A DNA stretch of 64,000 bases, from contig OZ037765.1 in NCBI GenBank assembly GCA_964035545.1, positions 22,939,504 to 23,003,503 of the forward strand, written 5' to 3'. Of the stretch, positions 12,301 through 25,385 are shown one piece after another. This DNA is from Bugula neritina. Lineage: Eukaryota > Animalia > Bryozoa. Every line of letters starts with the position of its first letter. Positions within the stretch are counted from its first letter, which is position 1. The notes under the pieces are model-generated. The model was not told the DNA's origin. It made no database searches and worked only from the letters and a program-made list of their open reading frames with translations. A program made the translations under genes and the position numbers.

Positions 12301-15300
12301 ATTGTAAATGTATACTTTTGCTGTATATAAAGTAATAAAGTTAACTATTATATAGTTTATGTAAAACAATATGGGATGCTAATATAATATTTAGTAAGCA
12401 TTACTAGCTACTATGCCCACCTGCTTCAACTGCCCGTTGACGCAATAAGATAAAAATATATATTTAATTAAGATATATAATCAACTCTAAGCAGCAAACC
12501 TAAAGTAATTTTACCATATACAATACTGAATATACTAGATGAACTGTTCTCTACAATGATTTAGTATTATAAATGAAATCAATAAAACCTAATTGGCTAA
12601 ATAGATTTGCATTATATTTGCCAGTTCCAAATATTTCAATCTATAAGTTGCAACATGTTGGAACAAATTATTAATAAAGCATATCAGCAGTTTATGAACT
12701 TGTAGTAGAGCATGCAACAACTTGTTTAAGATAGCTTAATAAAGGAAGCTATAGTATTTAAACTATGTATTTGTAACCTAATGGCGGCCCTGACAAACTG
12801 GCTATAAAATGTCTACTGTTACAAAAACCATAAGAATTTAAAAATACTAGCAAAGATCAAAGCAAATGTTACTACAATAATGTTATTAACTATAAAGTGG
12901 ATGTTGTTGTCTTCATTTCCACTAATTATACATTCAAAAGTGATTGTTTTATCATCAATGAAATCATTAAAGCATAAAGAGTGTAAAGCCTTAAGTTTTT
13001 TATATTTACATAACTGTATAAAACCAACTAGATAAAATTGGTTCTGGTAAACATATATGACAATATTCTTGGAGATCGTAGAATCATACTGATAAGAAAG
13101 TCATAAAAGAATTAATAAAGAAAATAGTGTGACTAGCCATCAGTCTTATTTTACAGGTTGAATTACGAATAATTAAACTGGTGATCACTTCTGCAATATC
13201 TAGCATAATATTGTACCCTCATTACATAATTTGAACTTGGACCACTCACCACACAGCAGTTATCCCCTGGCTTACGGCCACGCCTTTCAATATGGCTTCC
13301 ATCACATTTAGCTACATGCATCTCCAGTTGATCACGTGACCACAAGTTTCTGTTACATTTGTCACATTGAAACTTCTCTACAGATTTCATACTCGGTCTT
13401 CCTCTCTTCAACCCACTGCCCGTACATCTTTAATAAAATGTTTGACTTAAAAATGACATTCTAATAACTGTGTGTTTCTCATTTTAAATCCAATTATTTA
13501 GCTTTTGTTGTCAATGAGTTGTCAAACAAAGTCCTAAATAAATGTCAGTGAAAATGGTAATTTAATACATTGCAAATTCAAGATAGTGAAATGCTTTTAA
13601 ATAACTATTTCTTGTACATACATATACATTGTATGCGGCCTAGTTATTTAGTAAACACAACATAGAAATGCAGTTGCTTGAAACCTCCTTTGTTCCATTA
13701 TAGCCACGACTAGATTGATCATATTTTTAAAAAGAAAAGAAATTGCAAATAGTCATAGGCCTTTGTAACAACTGCAATAATTTAACATTAGTAACCCAAT
13801 ATGCTTTACCATCAATCTGACGACAATATGACTATACTGAGTCAAGCTTTGCAGCAACCAACCTCTGCACATGATTGATTCTGTCGTGGTTCATGCGATT
13901 CTTCAGACTGAGACCACACTTTGGGCAGTTGACAATGCCAGTGCTAGGACGACCTCTTCTAAGACCTTGACCCTTACACTGAACAATATGCTTAATTCGA
14001 TCTTCAGGGCATCTGTATTTGAAGTTTTGCCCACACCTATAAAAACAAAATTGAATATAATAGATTACAAATATGCTATCAGGTAGACCCTAGACGCAAT
14101 TTTTATTTCTGCTTTCAATATCAAATTAATTGATGTTCAGTCAGTCAGTACGTCAAGATGTCCATAGTCATTTTTCCGTAATTTACTTAACATAGTCAAA
14201 GTTTTTTGCTTTGTTTACATACATTGTCACTGACTCTTACTTATTGCACACTCCCTTTTATCAAATCACTCCTGAATCACCAGGATGTGACGGCAAGCCG
14301 AGGTTTTTATTCTTTAAATCAATAGACAATCTGTTCTGCTCAGTGTTTTAATCAATTACAATAACATTTTTATTGCAACTTGATTGTATATAAATAGTGA
14401 CCTATTAGAGAATATTTGAAAAGGTTGCTTAGTGACATTTAATGGAAATATTTCCTTTTAGATAAAACACTTTATGATGACTTGGATGCTTTTCTAGCAA
14501 TTTTATTCATTTTTAAAGAATACATTAACTGTATTTCATTTGCCAACTGGCTGCCGGTCAGACTGCTCTTGTAATTTTTTTAGATTACAACAATTAAAGC
14601 TAGTTATGGCCAGTCATCAATTGTAAGATACTTAGAAGTTAACATGAATTTTATTACTCTGTAATATTACAAGCATTTTTTGTGGTGGCCAACTAACTAA
14701 CTAACCCAATATAAATATTTCAACACTGGCTATTGCAGTGTAGCATAGAAAACATGCTTAATAATACTAGTAATTATAGTAGTAGCGGAAATAATTTATA
14801 AATAATATTGCTGTAATGCATAGCTGTTTGCTATCAGCAATAAACAAGATTACATGCCTATACTATGACAAAATAATGAATAGCTTAGTTATAAAAGGAC
14901 TTACAATGTATATTGAAAAAACCACAATAATTGGAGACAATAAGAATCTTCACGGCCACTTGCCCAATAGTTTACACTAAGCCATAGCTTTCTAGTTTTA
15001 GACTATTTTTTGTAGAAAAGGATCGTACAATGATTTCATGCATTTCATAATTATAATTATTTTGAATGTTACAAAAATAATGGTACATGCTTCAGTCCTC
15101 GCAGAAGCATAATATTGTCTGACTAAACAGCTGTACAAACAGGTTGCAACACAAATGTTATGATTGGCTAATAGGAGCATCTGTTACAATTTTATTCTGA
15201 GTTTTTTTAAATGTATTTGCGTCTTTATTGTAATTATTTTGAATAGCTAGCCCTCTGCTAGTTCTTGGAGTTACATTTGTCAATTATTGTGAATCCCTTC

Positions 15301-17026
15301 ACACTTGCACATGAGTATTTGGCCGGCAAAGGCAACTGTACTGGCGTTCATCTTAACTCATAAACAATAATTGTGTGTCACAGTATTGAATTAAATTTTA
15401 GAATAAAACACGAGTGATCCTTTATCTATTCTAAAGTGTATAATAAACTCATCCCAATAGATAAATATCTTGGACATGATGAATTAAGCAAACATATGAT
15501 AGCTTTTAAATCATGGGAAAATCTTTTATATACACATAAATTTTGTATAGATGGCCTGTGCTTATATTATATATATTATCTATAGATATAACATTGAGGT
15601 GATAATAAAACAACACTATGCAGACATTTTGACCAACGACAGGTGCCCTTTTGTATATTTTATAAAGATATAAGATAACAAAGTTAATTATTGAAGGCGA
15701 AATTTCATTCAGTTCAATAACCAGTGCTAGTAACTAGTGCATGAAATATTAATTTAAACATAAATTTAAATGATATAGTATAATGATTAAAGTTACAAGT
15801 ATTTCCTCTTTTATCAATTCTTATTAAATATTCCAATAGAATCACTAAGTAACATGCTGAGTATATGTTGCATATTCATAAATATCTCCATAACATATTT
15901 CAATTTGCATTGGCTGGCTGTAAATTATAGATTAAATTATTATAAACATAATACTTAACAAATAGTAAGCTACTGACCTGTCACATCCTATTACAGTGTA
16001 TTCTTCACCAGTCCTGTTGCCTGTACAGAGAGTGCTATGAGCTATAAACTCTGTGTGGTCCTTGCAAGCTTTGCCACAGTGGATACACATGAAGACACCA
16101 TCTTTAGCGCCATCTGCCACTCCTGCCGTGGTGGCATCTAGACCAGGTGCAACCATAGGTGCAGGCTGCGGCATCGACAGCATTGGATTAGAGGCAAGCG
16201 CTGCTAAAGATGATTGAAAAGAAGCCATAGCCATCATTTCAGCTGCGGCTGCCGAAGTAGGTGGTGGCTGTAGAAGAGGCGGCAGCACGCTCATAATGGG
16301 TCCAACATTGAGTGGAGGTGGTGCGCTCATCATGGAAGAAACATTCATAGCTGGACTTATACCCATTGCTGATAGAGAGGATGTAGACAGAGCATCACCA
16401 GAACTGACTGGAGAAGAGACAGAGCTGGCAGGGGAGATGTGACCATTGGTCAGTGGATTAACCAATGGTGAAGGAGTAACAGATGGCTCTGTATTTGCAC
16501 AAACTGGAGGAACTTGGTGTTGCCTCAGTAGCGTATTGGACCCTAGAGTAAGAGAATAGCAGCATTGGACTCGTAGTTACTAGTTATACAATTAATAACA
16601 TATAATCAATAAAATGTACCTTTTAGATACTTAGCGCAAGGTTACTAGAACTAGATCATTATATGACTTTTTATAAAAGAAATGCTATTAGATATATAAT
16701 TTGTAATAAATATTCATTATGCAACACTTGTACGATTTTCTCGTTGAATGAGCACATTATTATAGAAAATAAGAGTTACCATTAACACTGCCTGCTAGTC
16801 TGTCTTCATGCTTTCCCAGTTTGTCCTGTAAGCATTGGCTCATTTCTGACTTCAATTTGACTGCATTGTCAATGAGCTGCACTTGCACATGACATCTTGT
16901 GCACACTTTTCCATCATGTAGCAGCTTCTTTCCAGTGAAAGAGACATCAAAGAGTTCACAGATTTTTTGGCGATTGTGTGGGAGGATAGGGTCAGCAAAC
17001 TGACTTTCACAAAATATGCAGCTCAT
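9381..17026 (-). CDS. ZAD-like domain + C2HC/C2H2 zinc finger + AT-hook protein, 6 coding exons, ~621 aa
   Basis: Exons (minus): 17026-16780, 16542-15978, 14036-13863, 13427-13250, 10457-10369, 9993-9381; total 1866 nt, phases consistent. N-terminal CIFC...VCTRC (ZAD-like). Fingers: CIHC..H..C, CDRC..H..C, CPKC..H..C, CDKC..H..C, CVVC..H...H, CDRC..HDC. AT-hooks: RRGRPS, KRGRPS, RRGRKP. Confidence 0.85.
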
Positions 17027-20000
17027 CTTTATTTCTGTAAAAAAGATGGCAGACAATAATTTGATGATGGAGGCAATCTATTTTGATGTAAGACAGTTTA
17101 TTAATGTTGTATCCGATTTGTTTCTGTAACCTTCGGCTGCTGACAGTAGAAGCATTGCAAGAGGTAACAAAACACCACGCATGAAACGCAGTAGCGGAAT
17201 ATACTAAAAATTGTAAAAATTTCCAAAATAAATATTATTTATAAAAAGTCACACATACAGCATATGCAGGAAATACGTAGCTATGACTTTATTTAATTGC
17301 CATGGAGACAAACGGATGACAGCTTGTTTTTTGAGTAGTGAAGCATAAGAAAGAATAACTGTGCACCTACTATGCTATAAAATACTAAATAGCTTCAAGC
17401 TTTTCAATTTATAAAATAAACAGTTGAAATATGAGAAAGAAAGCAAGTAATAACCAGTCATGCTCAATTAACAATTTGGTGCTCCGTGAGCATGCATAAC
17501 AAAATTGTTTATTAGATTATTGTTGCAACTGGCATTAATTTAATTACAAAGTTAGTTTTTAAAATGTGTTTAAAATAACAACATGCTTTCAATTGCATGA
17601 ATAATAAATAGCTACACTATAAGAACAATTTGTTGATTATATTATCTGAAAGGAAAGTGAGCGTTGTGTACATAGAAAATGAATTTAATATATTCTTTAT
17701 TCATACTTTATGTGAGGCGTTGAATAAGTAAATAATATAATATAATCAGTTTTCCCAATAATAAAGCATGAAATGATCATATTACATTCACAAAGGCATT
17801 GAATGTAGAGACACAAAGAGTAAGCATACAAAAACATTAATAAAGGAAAATCATTGTAAATCAAATTTATTCTAGTGGTGCCAATGGTGCCAGCATGCTA
17901 GAATTATTTAGCATTTTATTTCATTAATATTGTTGCTATAGCTATCAGGTTTCTTTGTCAGACTATTTGGTTAGGGTAGATAATGGATACAATGTAAAGC
18001 ATAGCAGCCATAATGGCCATTACACAGAATTCTATATTTGAAATAATGATGACAATAATGTAAACATTAGCTTTTAATATCAGTGTGTTCCAATTATAAG
18101 TAAAAAATACTGTATAATAAACAATGAGTAGACAATGAGTTGCAGGTGAGTGACACTCCCAGCAGTTTCTTAGTTTTTCTAATTAGCTTCACTTGATATA
18201 TATTATTTTGATAAAAGGCATACAGTGGTTCTTTGTAATATAAACTATAATGAATAACATTGAGGTGAGATTCATTATACATCTCAAGTATAAAGAAATG
18301 CATGAAATAAAATCCAATTTACTGTTTAGTTCCCACAGGAAATTCCTAATTTTAACAACAACATTTATAGTATAATTTACACCCTGTGATGCAGATAACG
18401 GTGCCATGGTTTATGAAAGGATAATAAATCTGTGGTCATAAAACACACAGAGCAGTTTATTATTCTATTTATTAGGTTTATCAAATTGATTAGCATTAGT
18501 ATTTAAGATCTATACTAGAATAATCTACATACACATATTATATTTAATACTAGTTAAGTACAGCTTCAAGTATTCTGCAATGAGTCAGTCAATTTTATCT
18601 CCTTGGCGCTATACTACACAGTACTTCACAAGACCACGCTCATCTAAGTCAGCCTGTTTTTAAGTACACCACCATTAATTGTACTACAAGCCAACTTATT
18701 ATTTATTAATTGTAGTGATAAGTAATAGTGAGTGATTCAAACTTAAAAAATACTGAATCATCAAACTAGCCAAGATAGGAAATTGCTTGGGTGTTGTATT
18801 GCAATACTAAATCTTACACATATATTTCATAGATTTACAAAAGAAAATAGAATATTAAGATAGTATCTCTTGGCTTCTTGTCGATTTATAAGCTGGTGTG
18901 ACATGACAGTACTAACCCATTCTAACAATTTACTCTATCATTTATGTATAGGCTTTACTACTAGTGTGTTAAGTTCATTCCAGCATAATTACTAGGCATA
19001 ATTTAAAAGATGTTAGTCACTAAATAGTTAAAACTACAGTTTCACAATATGGTTTATGTACATATCATTGTTACGAAAATAATAAATGACATTATTACGT
19101 AACTGGTATAACTCTACACCTACATTATTATAATATTACCTTTTATAAGTTAAAGAAGTCAATGTTGTCAGATAAACTACCACTGTACCACCTGGTCAGT
19201 CTACCAACAAAGTTCTCGTTTGGTCTCCTTTCTTTTTATAAACTACTAAAAATAAAGTCAGGAGTCAGGATTGTACTCATAAAAAGCAGAGGATTGGTGG
19301 TGTTACTCACTAATGAGTATATCATATAGTTCTACGGTATTACTAGAGTACTCCAATAATTAAATAAACTATTCCAAAACTCTTTACTGAACTACACAAC
19401 TGAGTGTCTACTCCAACAACTAAACTAAATTCAGTTATTAGAAAACTGCTATAAATCTGCATAATCACCATGTTCTAACAATACCACGGATACATAAAAA
19501 AATTGAACTTAGACTAGGGTTTCTTATTTCTTATCTAAGCATTCCAGCACCAAAAAGTTACCACATCAACTAATTGCACTTTTGCACAGCACAATCTTCA
19601 TACCCACAATGGCTGTATGAATACAGTCATTAGTTAATTAATTAATATTTCAGTTACAATTACTTAAACTACCTGAAATTAGATCTAAAAGGGAAGTCTA
19701 AGTTTGTTTGTTATTGAAGAGTGCAACCAAAATAGCTGCCAGGCTGACACTGGCAGCATTATATAATTTCATCTTATATCGTTTAGTATTTGTACAGAGT
19801 TTATTTTCAAGTGCTGCAGTTATTTTTAACAAATTAAGGTAATTAAAAACCTTAGGTTCTAGTAAATAGTAAACCTTAGATGCTGAATTTGGTTTCAGCA
19901 ACAAGAAATTTTCTATCGTTTAATTACTAATAGGGCAGATGTGCTTTGAACCAAGACTGTAAATCAATATACAAACATTTAAGCTAACAGAAAAGGTATG

Positions 20001-20559
20001 TATAGACATGTAAGTCACTAACAGGGTGTTGTATAAAATCCCAAGAAAGAAAGAGTCGAAATTTATCAGATGCTATTAAATTGAAATTATTAATCAAAGT
20101 ATTGGGATAATTAAAATTATGACAGGTAAAATTGATTGAGATATAACATTTGAAAGCCTTTAAGAAGCATAGGTGAACATTTGGAGGTTTACTGCAGAGT
20201 TAAGCATGAAATTCTATTGCATGTTTTATATTAATGAGCAACCGGGCAAGTTTATACTAAAATATAATAAAATTTAGTAAAAAGAAACTTAAACATGAAA
20301 TATTAGGAGCCCACTGGTACTAAAAAGCAAATAGCTAGCCAATCTCAACATGTATGAAGGTGCGTGACCAGCACCATGTATATCGTTATGCCTGTAAGTG
20401 TAACAATTCGAATGCCTATACAGTATACTCGTACTTGAGGTTATAGCCAAAGGAGTTTGTGGCAAGCAGACTGCAATTAAGAGCTACAATTTTTTCACAA
20501 AATTAAAGTGATTTAACAGATGATAAATTGTGAAATTTGTGAGATTAGCATGAACAAAG

Positions 20560-20685
20560 TATTGTATCATTAATTATAAGTTATAACTATTCTGATTTTG
20601 TATGTAACTATTTACAATTACGATCACTATGTCTATGGAGTATCAGTATACTGTACACTGTATAGTCTATAAAATAAGTACAAGC
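20560..20685. repeat. Short cryptic period-6 tract
   Basis: attacgatcactatgtctatggagtatcagtatactgtacactgtatagtctata. Shares actatgtctat and agtatcagtat with the 6.1 kb tract. Confidence 0.55.
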
Positions 20686-20689
20686 TTAC

Positions 20690-20750
20690 CTTGATTAATG
20701 TATTCGGTCCTGTGCCCAGCGTCTCTGCTTAGCTAGCAAGCTAGTTACTA
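20690..20750 (-). promoter_or_regulatory. Probable 5' non-coding exon / TSS region of the zinc finger gene
   Basis: Strong minus-strand donor AAG|GTAAGC at 20690/20689 next to a short GC/CpG-containing patch. The matching acceptor TTACAG| at 17035/17034 precedes the ATG at 17026. Confidence 0.5.
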
Positions 20751-23700
20751 ATATAATGATTAACAAACAATATTCATGTAATTCATATGTGTAACCTTTC
20801 AATCATAATAATTATTCTACACTATTCTATTACAAGTATATACTATATAAAATAGCTTCAACAAGCTAAAAGTGGGAGGAGCTATTCTTTATTATTAGCA
20901 TTATTAAGATAATTTCATTGGTCTGTTACTGCATGAAAGAGTTTAAAAGAACAGACAACCCTTTTTCAATTATAATTACTTTCGGTAAGAGCCAATGAAA
21001 TAAATCTTTGAATTAGGCATTTTTGAAAGAATTTCAATAGCAAGGCAAATTTGATGACTAAACAAGGGTAATTTTCTAAAGGTATAATATAATCATGCTC
21101 CGAATTCATTTTAAAAACAATATGTTTTGTCATTAAATTGGGTTACCTAATGCTTTTTTTATTGCTAGATAAAATAAAATATCCATTAATTTAACTGTAA
21201 TTGAAACCTAAAACAATTAGTTCAACTAAGAATAGGGTGTATGTATTTCTTTAAACTTCACCTCATAAAGCTGAAATACTTTATGTGGAAATCCAAAAGC
21301 TTGTCAAGCTAATTTTTTTTCAAAGCAATGAGCAGTTTTTACTTATAATGTTTGATTCCGGTAAAAATAACTTGTAAGCAAGAAGTTTTCTGTCTGATTA
21401 CTGATTAGAAAAATAAGCTTCTACACAACAAACCTGCAAGCTTTCCCTGCTATAAACTACCTGGCTTCACCAGTCAATACTAAATGTCAGATACAGGACA
21501 TCTGTTGCACCATGGGTGTATTGGTTATATAAAATACTACGTTATCCAAATATTATGCAATATGCATCATTTAGCAATATCTGATGTCTAATTACATTTA
21601 AAACTTGATTGCATATAATAATTATAATTTTGAAACTAGTTTAGGCTTGAAATATAACATGCTTGTTTTTATAGTGTTGACAAAATGAAATAGGAATAAG
21701 AGATAGGCTCCTTATTCCTAAATAGCTAGAGTGAATATAGAAGTAAAAATATTGAACAGCTGAGATCTTTGGCCCAACTCTTTGACTATGACACACTGAT
21801 TGCACTCAAGTTCTTTTAGCATAGAGGTATTTTTCTTCTGTGTAGCTACTCTGGGGAAATTCAGACCCAGCCAGTCAAATAATTTGTAAATGTTCAAGTT
21901 TGAGACAACTGTGTCATTAAAATAATCTTGAAAATTTTGTGTTTTTTTTTTCAGCCAAAAATTCACATTTTTGCAAAATGTATGGCTAGAAATTTTGTAT
22001 ATTCTTGCAAATCTAGTGCCTCAGCTAATTGTAGCATAAAAAATTATCAGTATAATCACAGTTCTATGAAATAAAAAAGTGTTCCTTGAACAGCTTGAAC
22101 ATCAAAGTGATATGTTAAACTCTCTAACAAAGTAAAATATTTATTCGTCTATCGAGTTAAATATACGCTGTATTATAAGTTAAAGAATGCTTTACACGAG
22201 TTAAAAGTCATAATTTCAGTTAAAATACAGACTAGGTTGCAGCTAAATTGAATGTCTTAGATGAGACCCTGTACATGAGTGCACAGCATAGTTAGACCTA
22301 CCAAAAGGACATTTTGTGTTAAATTACTCAACTAGCACAACGGATATGCATTGCACTATATATGGGCAGTTATTAATTACTAAATACTGAATACTGAGCA
22401 GCTAAATTTAAATATATATAAATAGCAATTTATAAAAGAATGTGCAACTATTTCAGCTGCTGTTTGAGATTGTAACATTCAATGGTTACAGACCTGCATG
22501 CTAGTCTAAATTAAGGTTTGGCTAATTAAACTAAAAACTATTTGACAGCTAAAAATAATCAGTTGATGGACAATGTACTACTATTGCCTGGCTTCTTTTA
22601 TACAGTTTTATGTATTACATAATCATAGTATTGTACAGAGTAGGTCTATGGCTTGCATTAATTTCAGTATGAGTCAAAATGCGTGGCTTGCTAGAGGCTC
22701 AAGTCTTCTGAGAGACTTGAGTTCCCGCCTCTGTTGGTTGAAATTATGTTCATTTATGACATGTCTGATTTCCAAATAGTTATATGAATTAAAATTCTTG
22801 TACTAAGTCTGGAATCATTATTTTAATAAAATAAAAATTCTTTTGTTGCAAATTTTCAACAAAGTGAAGCTTACTAGCTTTCAAAATATCCATAATTAGT
22901 TTCACATGGAACCCTCCTTAAAAGCTCAAGTTTCAAGCAATTAAGAACTGCACAGTTGCTTTGTTTATTTAAATAAACTTGAGCCAAAAACTTTCTATAC
23001 ATGTTATTCACTAGGCAGAGAGTTGTTCTGCTATATATTACTGAAATGGAAACTACCCGTATGTAGTTTTACATTTTATAAAACTCTACAGTCTCATCCT
23101 TTAATAATATGACTCACCCACAATCAACCAGTAAGTAATTAGGAAAATTAATTTTATGATCTATAGCTGTAATTGAAAAAACTTAAGCTCTGATAACAGT
23201 TATGAAATCATTTAAGTTATGTTTTGTTATTTATCTCTATTAGCCACCAGGAAGTTTCAGTCACCTTTCAGGAAAACCTTTTGTTTTTTAAAATTACATA
23301 ATAATGACAGTTTATTATTGTGCTAGAATCTAGATGAGCTCTCGGGATAAGGTGTGTTAAAGTAATCAGCATAGAAAAGTTCCTGATAGACAGTTCAGTT
23401 TAAAATTTCCTTGAACTCGTGTGAATGTTTAGTTAAAACAACCCATTCAACTTAATTATATATTTCATACATGTTTTGACATGTTTAAATAATTCATTTG
23501 GCAACAGTTTTTCTTGTATGTGTCCATGGGGTTTCCTACCATGGAATGTATTTCCTTTGGCAGTTTAGCTTCCCCCCCCAAAGATTTAAATTTTGTTTAA
23601 TACAATTAAATAAGGATAGGAGTTAGTTACTGCAAATTATACATACATTTACACCACAGTTGTGGATTGTAAGAAATGATCTTTTATGCTGGCAACTTTT

Positions 23701-24119
23701 TTGTTGTAATAAGTAGCCAATATGCAAGCTTTTCAGCAAAGTTGAAATAATTACAGTGGCTTTAACTCAAATCTAATACAGTGATTTAATTGCATAAATT
23801 GATATTAATATTTCTCATGAGCAGGAAAATTGGAAATGCAGATGTCAAATATGTAATAACTAATAAGGATGGCAGGGTTTGAGAGAGGGTATTAAGTTCC
23901 CATATTTTACCCTCTTTCCACCTTGCTTAGGAAAGGCAGAGTTGGCCAAGCAGCTGCAGCATGCTGAATTTGCTATCACTGTTTATAATCATTGCTCATT
24001 GTATAATTTTTATGATCCTTACTTCATCCTCTAGAGTCTAGACACTTCTAAAGCTTCACATTAGGCAATAAAATTCTATTACAGCGAGCCCACTTATATC
24101 ACCTTGAAATTTCATGTAA

Positions 24120-24391
24120 CCTTTGAACTGCGCGTCGGAAAAAGCTAGCTGAAAGTAAAATAATTTTAAAAGCAACTCCGAGTTGGGGGTTATTGAGGTG
24201 AATAAACAACGACTTCAATTTCTAGAACAGGAAACTACTGCATTCAATCACCCTCAACTTGGAGCTGCTTATAAAATCATTATCGAAAACATTCTCAGCA
24301 GTGTTGCCAGTCAATTTAAATTTGGCCGATTACACCTGCTGCAGATAAACTTTTCGCATAGCTGCATATCCTGTCGTTGCTATATATCAAG
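24120..24391 (+). promoter_or_regulatory. Probable promoter / first non-coding exon of the LRRIQ1-like gene
   Basis: CpG-bearing patch (gcgcgtcgg, tccgag, ggccga). X-box-like GTTGCCAGTCAAT at 24303-24315 and half-site GTTGCTAT at 24376. Forkhead-like AATAAACA at ~24201. Donor AAG|GTATAG at 24391/24392. Confidence 0.5.
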
Positions 24392-24539
24392 GTATAGAAG
24401 GAATGTTTCGGGTTAAAATTAAATAATATTAAATATGATTTTAATGTTTACTGTTCAGCTAGTATCAATGTAAAGATATTGTTTATTAGCACAAATACTA
24501 AATTTTAGGTTGAGTTTTATTTTAGTGCAAATCTAAAGT

Positions 24540-25045
24540 GATGAGATATAATTACAATTTACAGTATCACTATCGGATTCAGTGTCAGTATGACTATGAA
24601 TGAAAAATACGCGTTTGCGGGTTTGGTTTTTACTAAAAGTTTACTAAAAATTAGTTTTACTTTCACTTTCAGAATTATTTATATTAATAACTAATGGTAA
24701 TAAGTTGAAGTTATGTTTTATGTTTCCTAAACTCGTTATCTAGAACAATTGAAGTTTATTATGCTGTCAGTGTCAGCGTCTAATAATATTAGTTATACTT
24801 ACTACTTAGTTATTGTTAGTAATACTAATACAGTAATACTAATAGTAGTCATAGAATTAAATCACTTTTATTAAATGTAATGTAATAATCATACGGACTT
24901 TGAAATAAAAATTGAGTAATATATTATTATTACATAATGATAATGATAAGAATAATACAATGAATTTAAATTACCAGTATATGTTCACTAATTCAAATTG
25001 GATACTTATACTTATAGTAGTACTATTAGTATTAGTATTTTTGTT
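24540..25045. repeat. Cryptic period-6 low-complexity tract
   Basis: acagtatcactatcggattcagtgtcagtatgactatg (24561-24598); tagtaatactaatacagtaatactaatagtagtc; atacttatacttatagtagtactattagtattagtatt. Confidence 0.7.
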
Positions 25046-25385
25046 GTAGTTTGGCATATATTTATAAAACTAAATCACAAGGAACTTAATTTTTAGAGCA
25101 TATTTATTAACGAAAAGTTAGATCTTTTTGATAAGAAAGTGTTTTTGTTTTTATTGATAGAATATTCATTTACCCTACTAAAGAAACAATTTAAGAATAT
25201 TCAATTTAGAGTTTAGGTATCAATAAAATGCAATTTTTTTATTTTCAAGTTCCAAGTAATGTCAAAAATTTAATCTAGAAAGTGTAGTTTTTATTTTCTT
25301 TTACCAGTTTCAATGTGATCTATTAACTTTTAATTTTTAATTTAAAACTAAAGAGCTGGAATAGATCCAAAGACATGAGTTGGAG

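Noticed and set aside
20232-20262. Helitron-like 3' end relic (gagcaaccgggc…; similar at ~12402-12450)
   Set aside because: Too short and degenerate; no convincing hairpin plus CTRR terminus.
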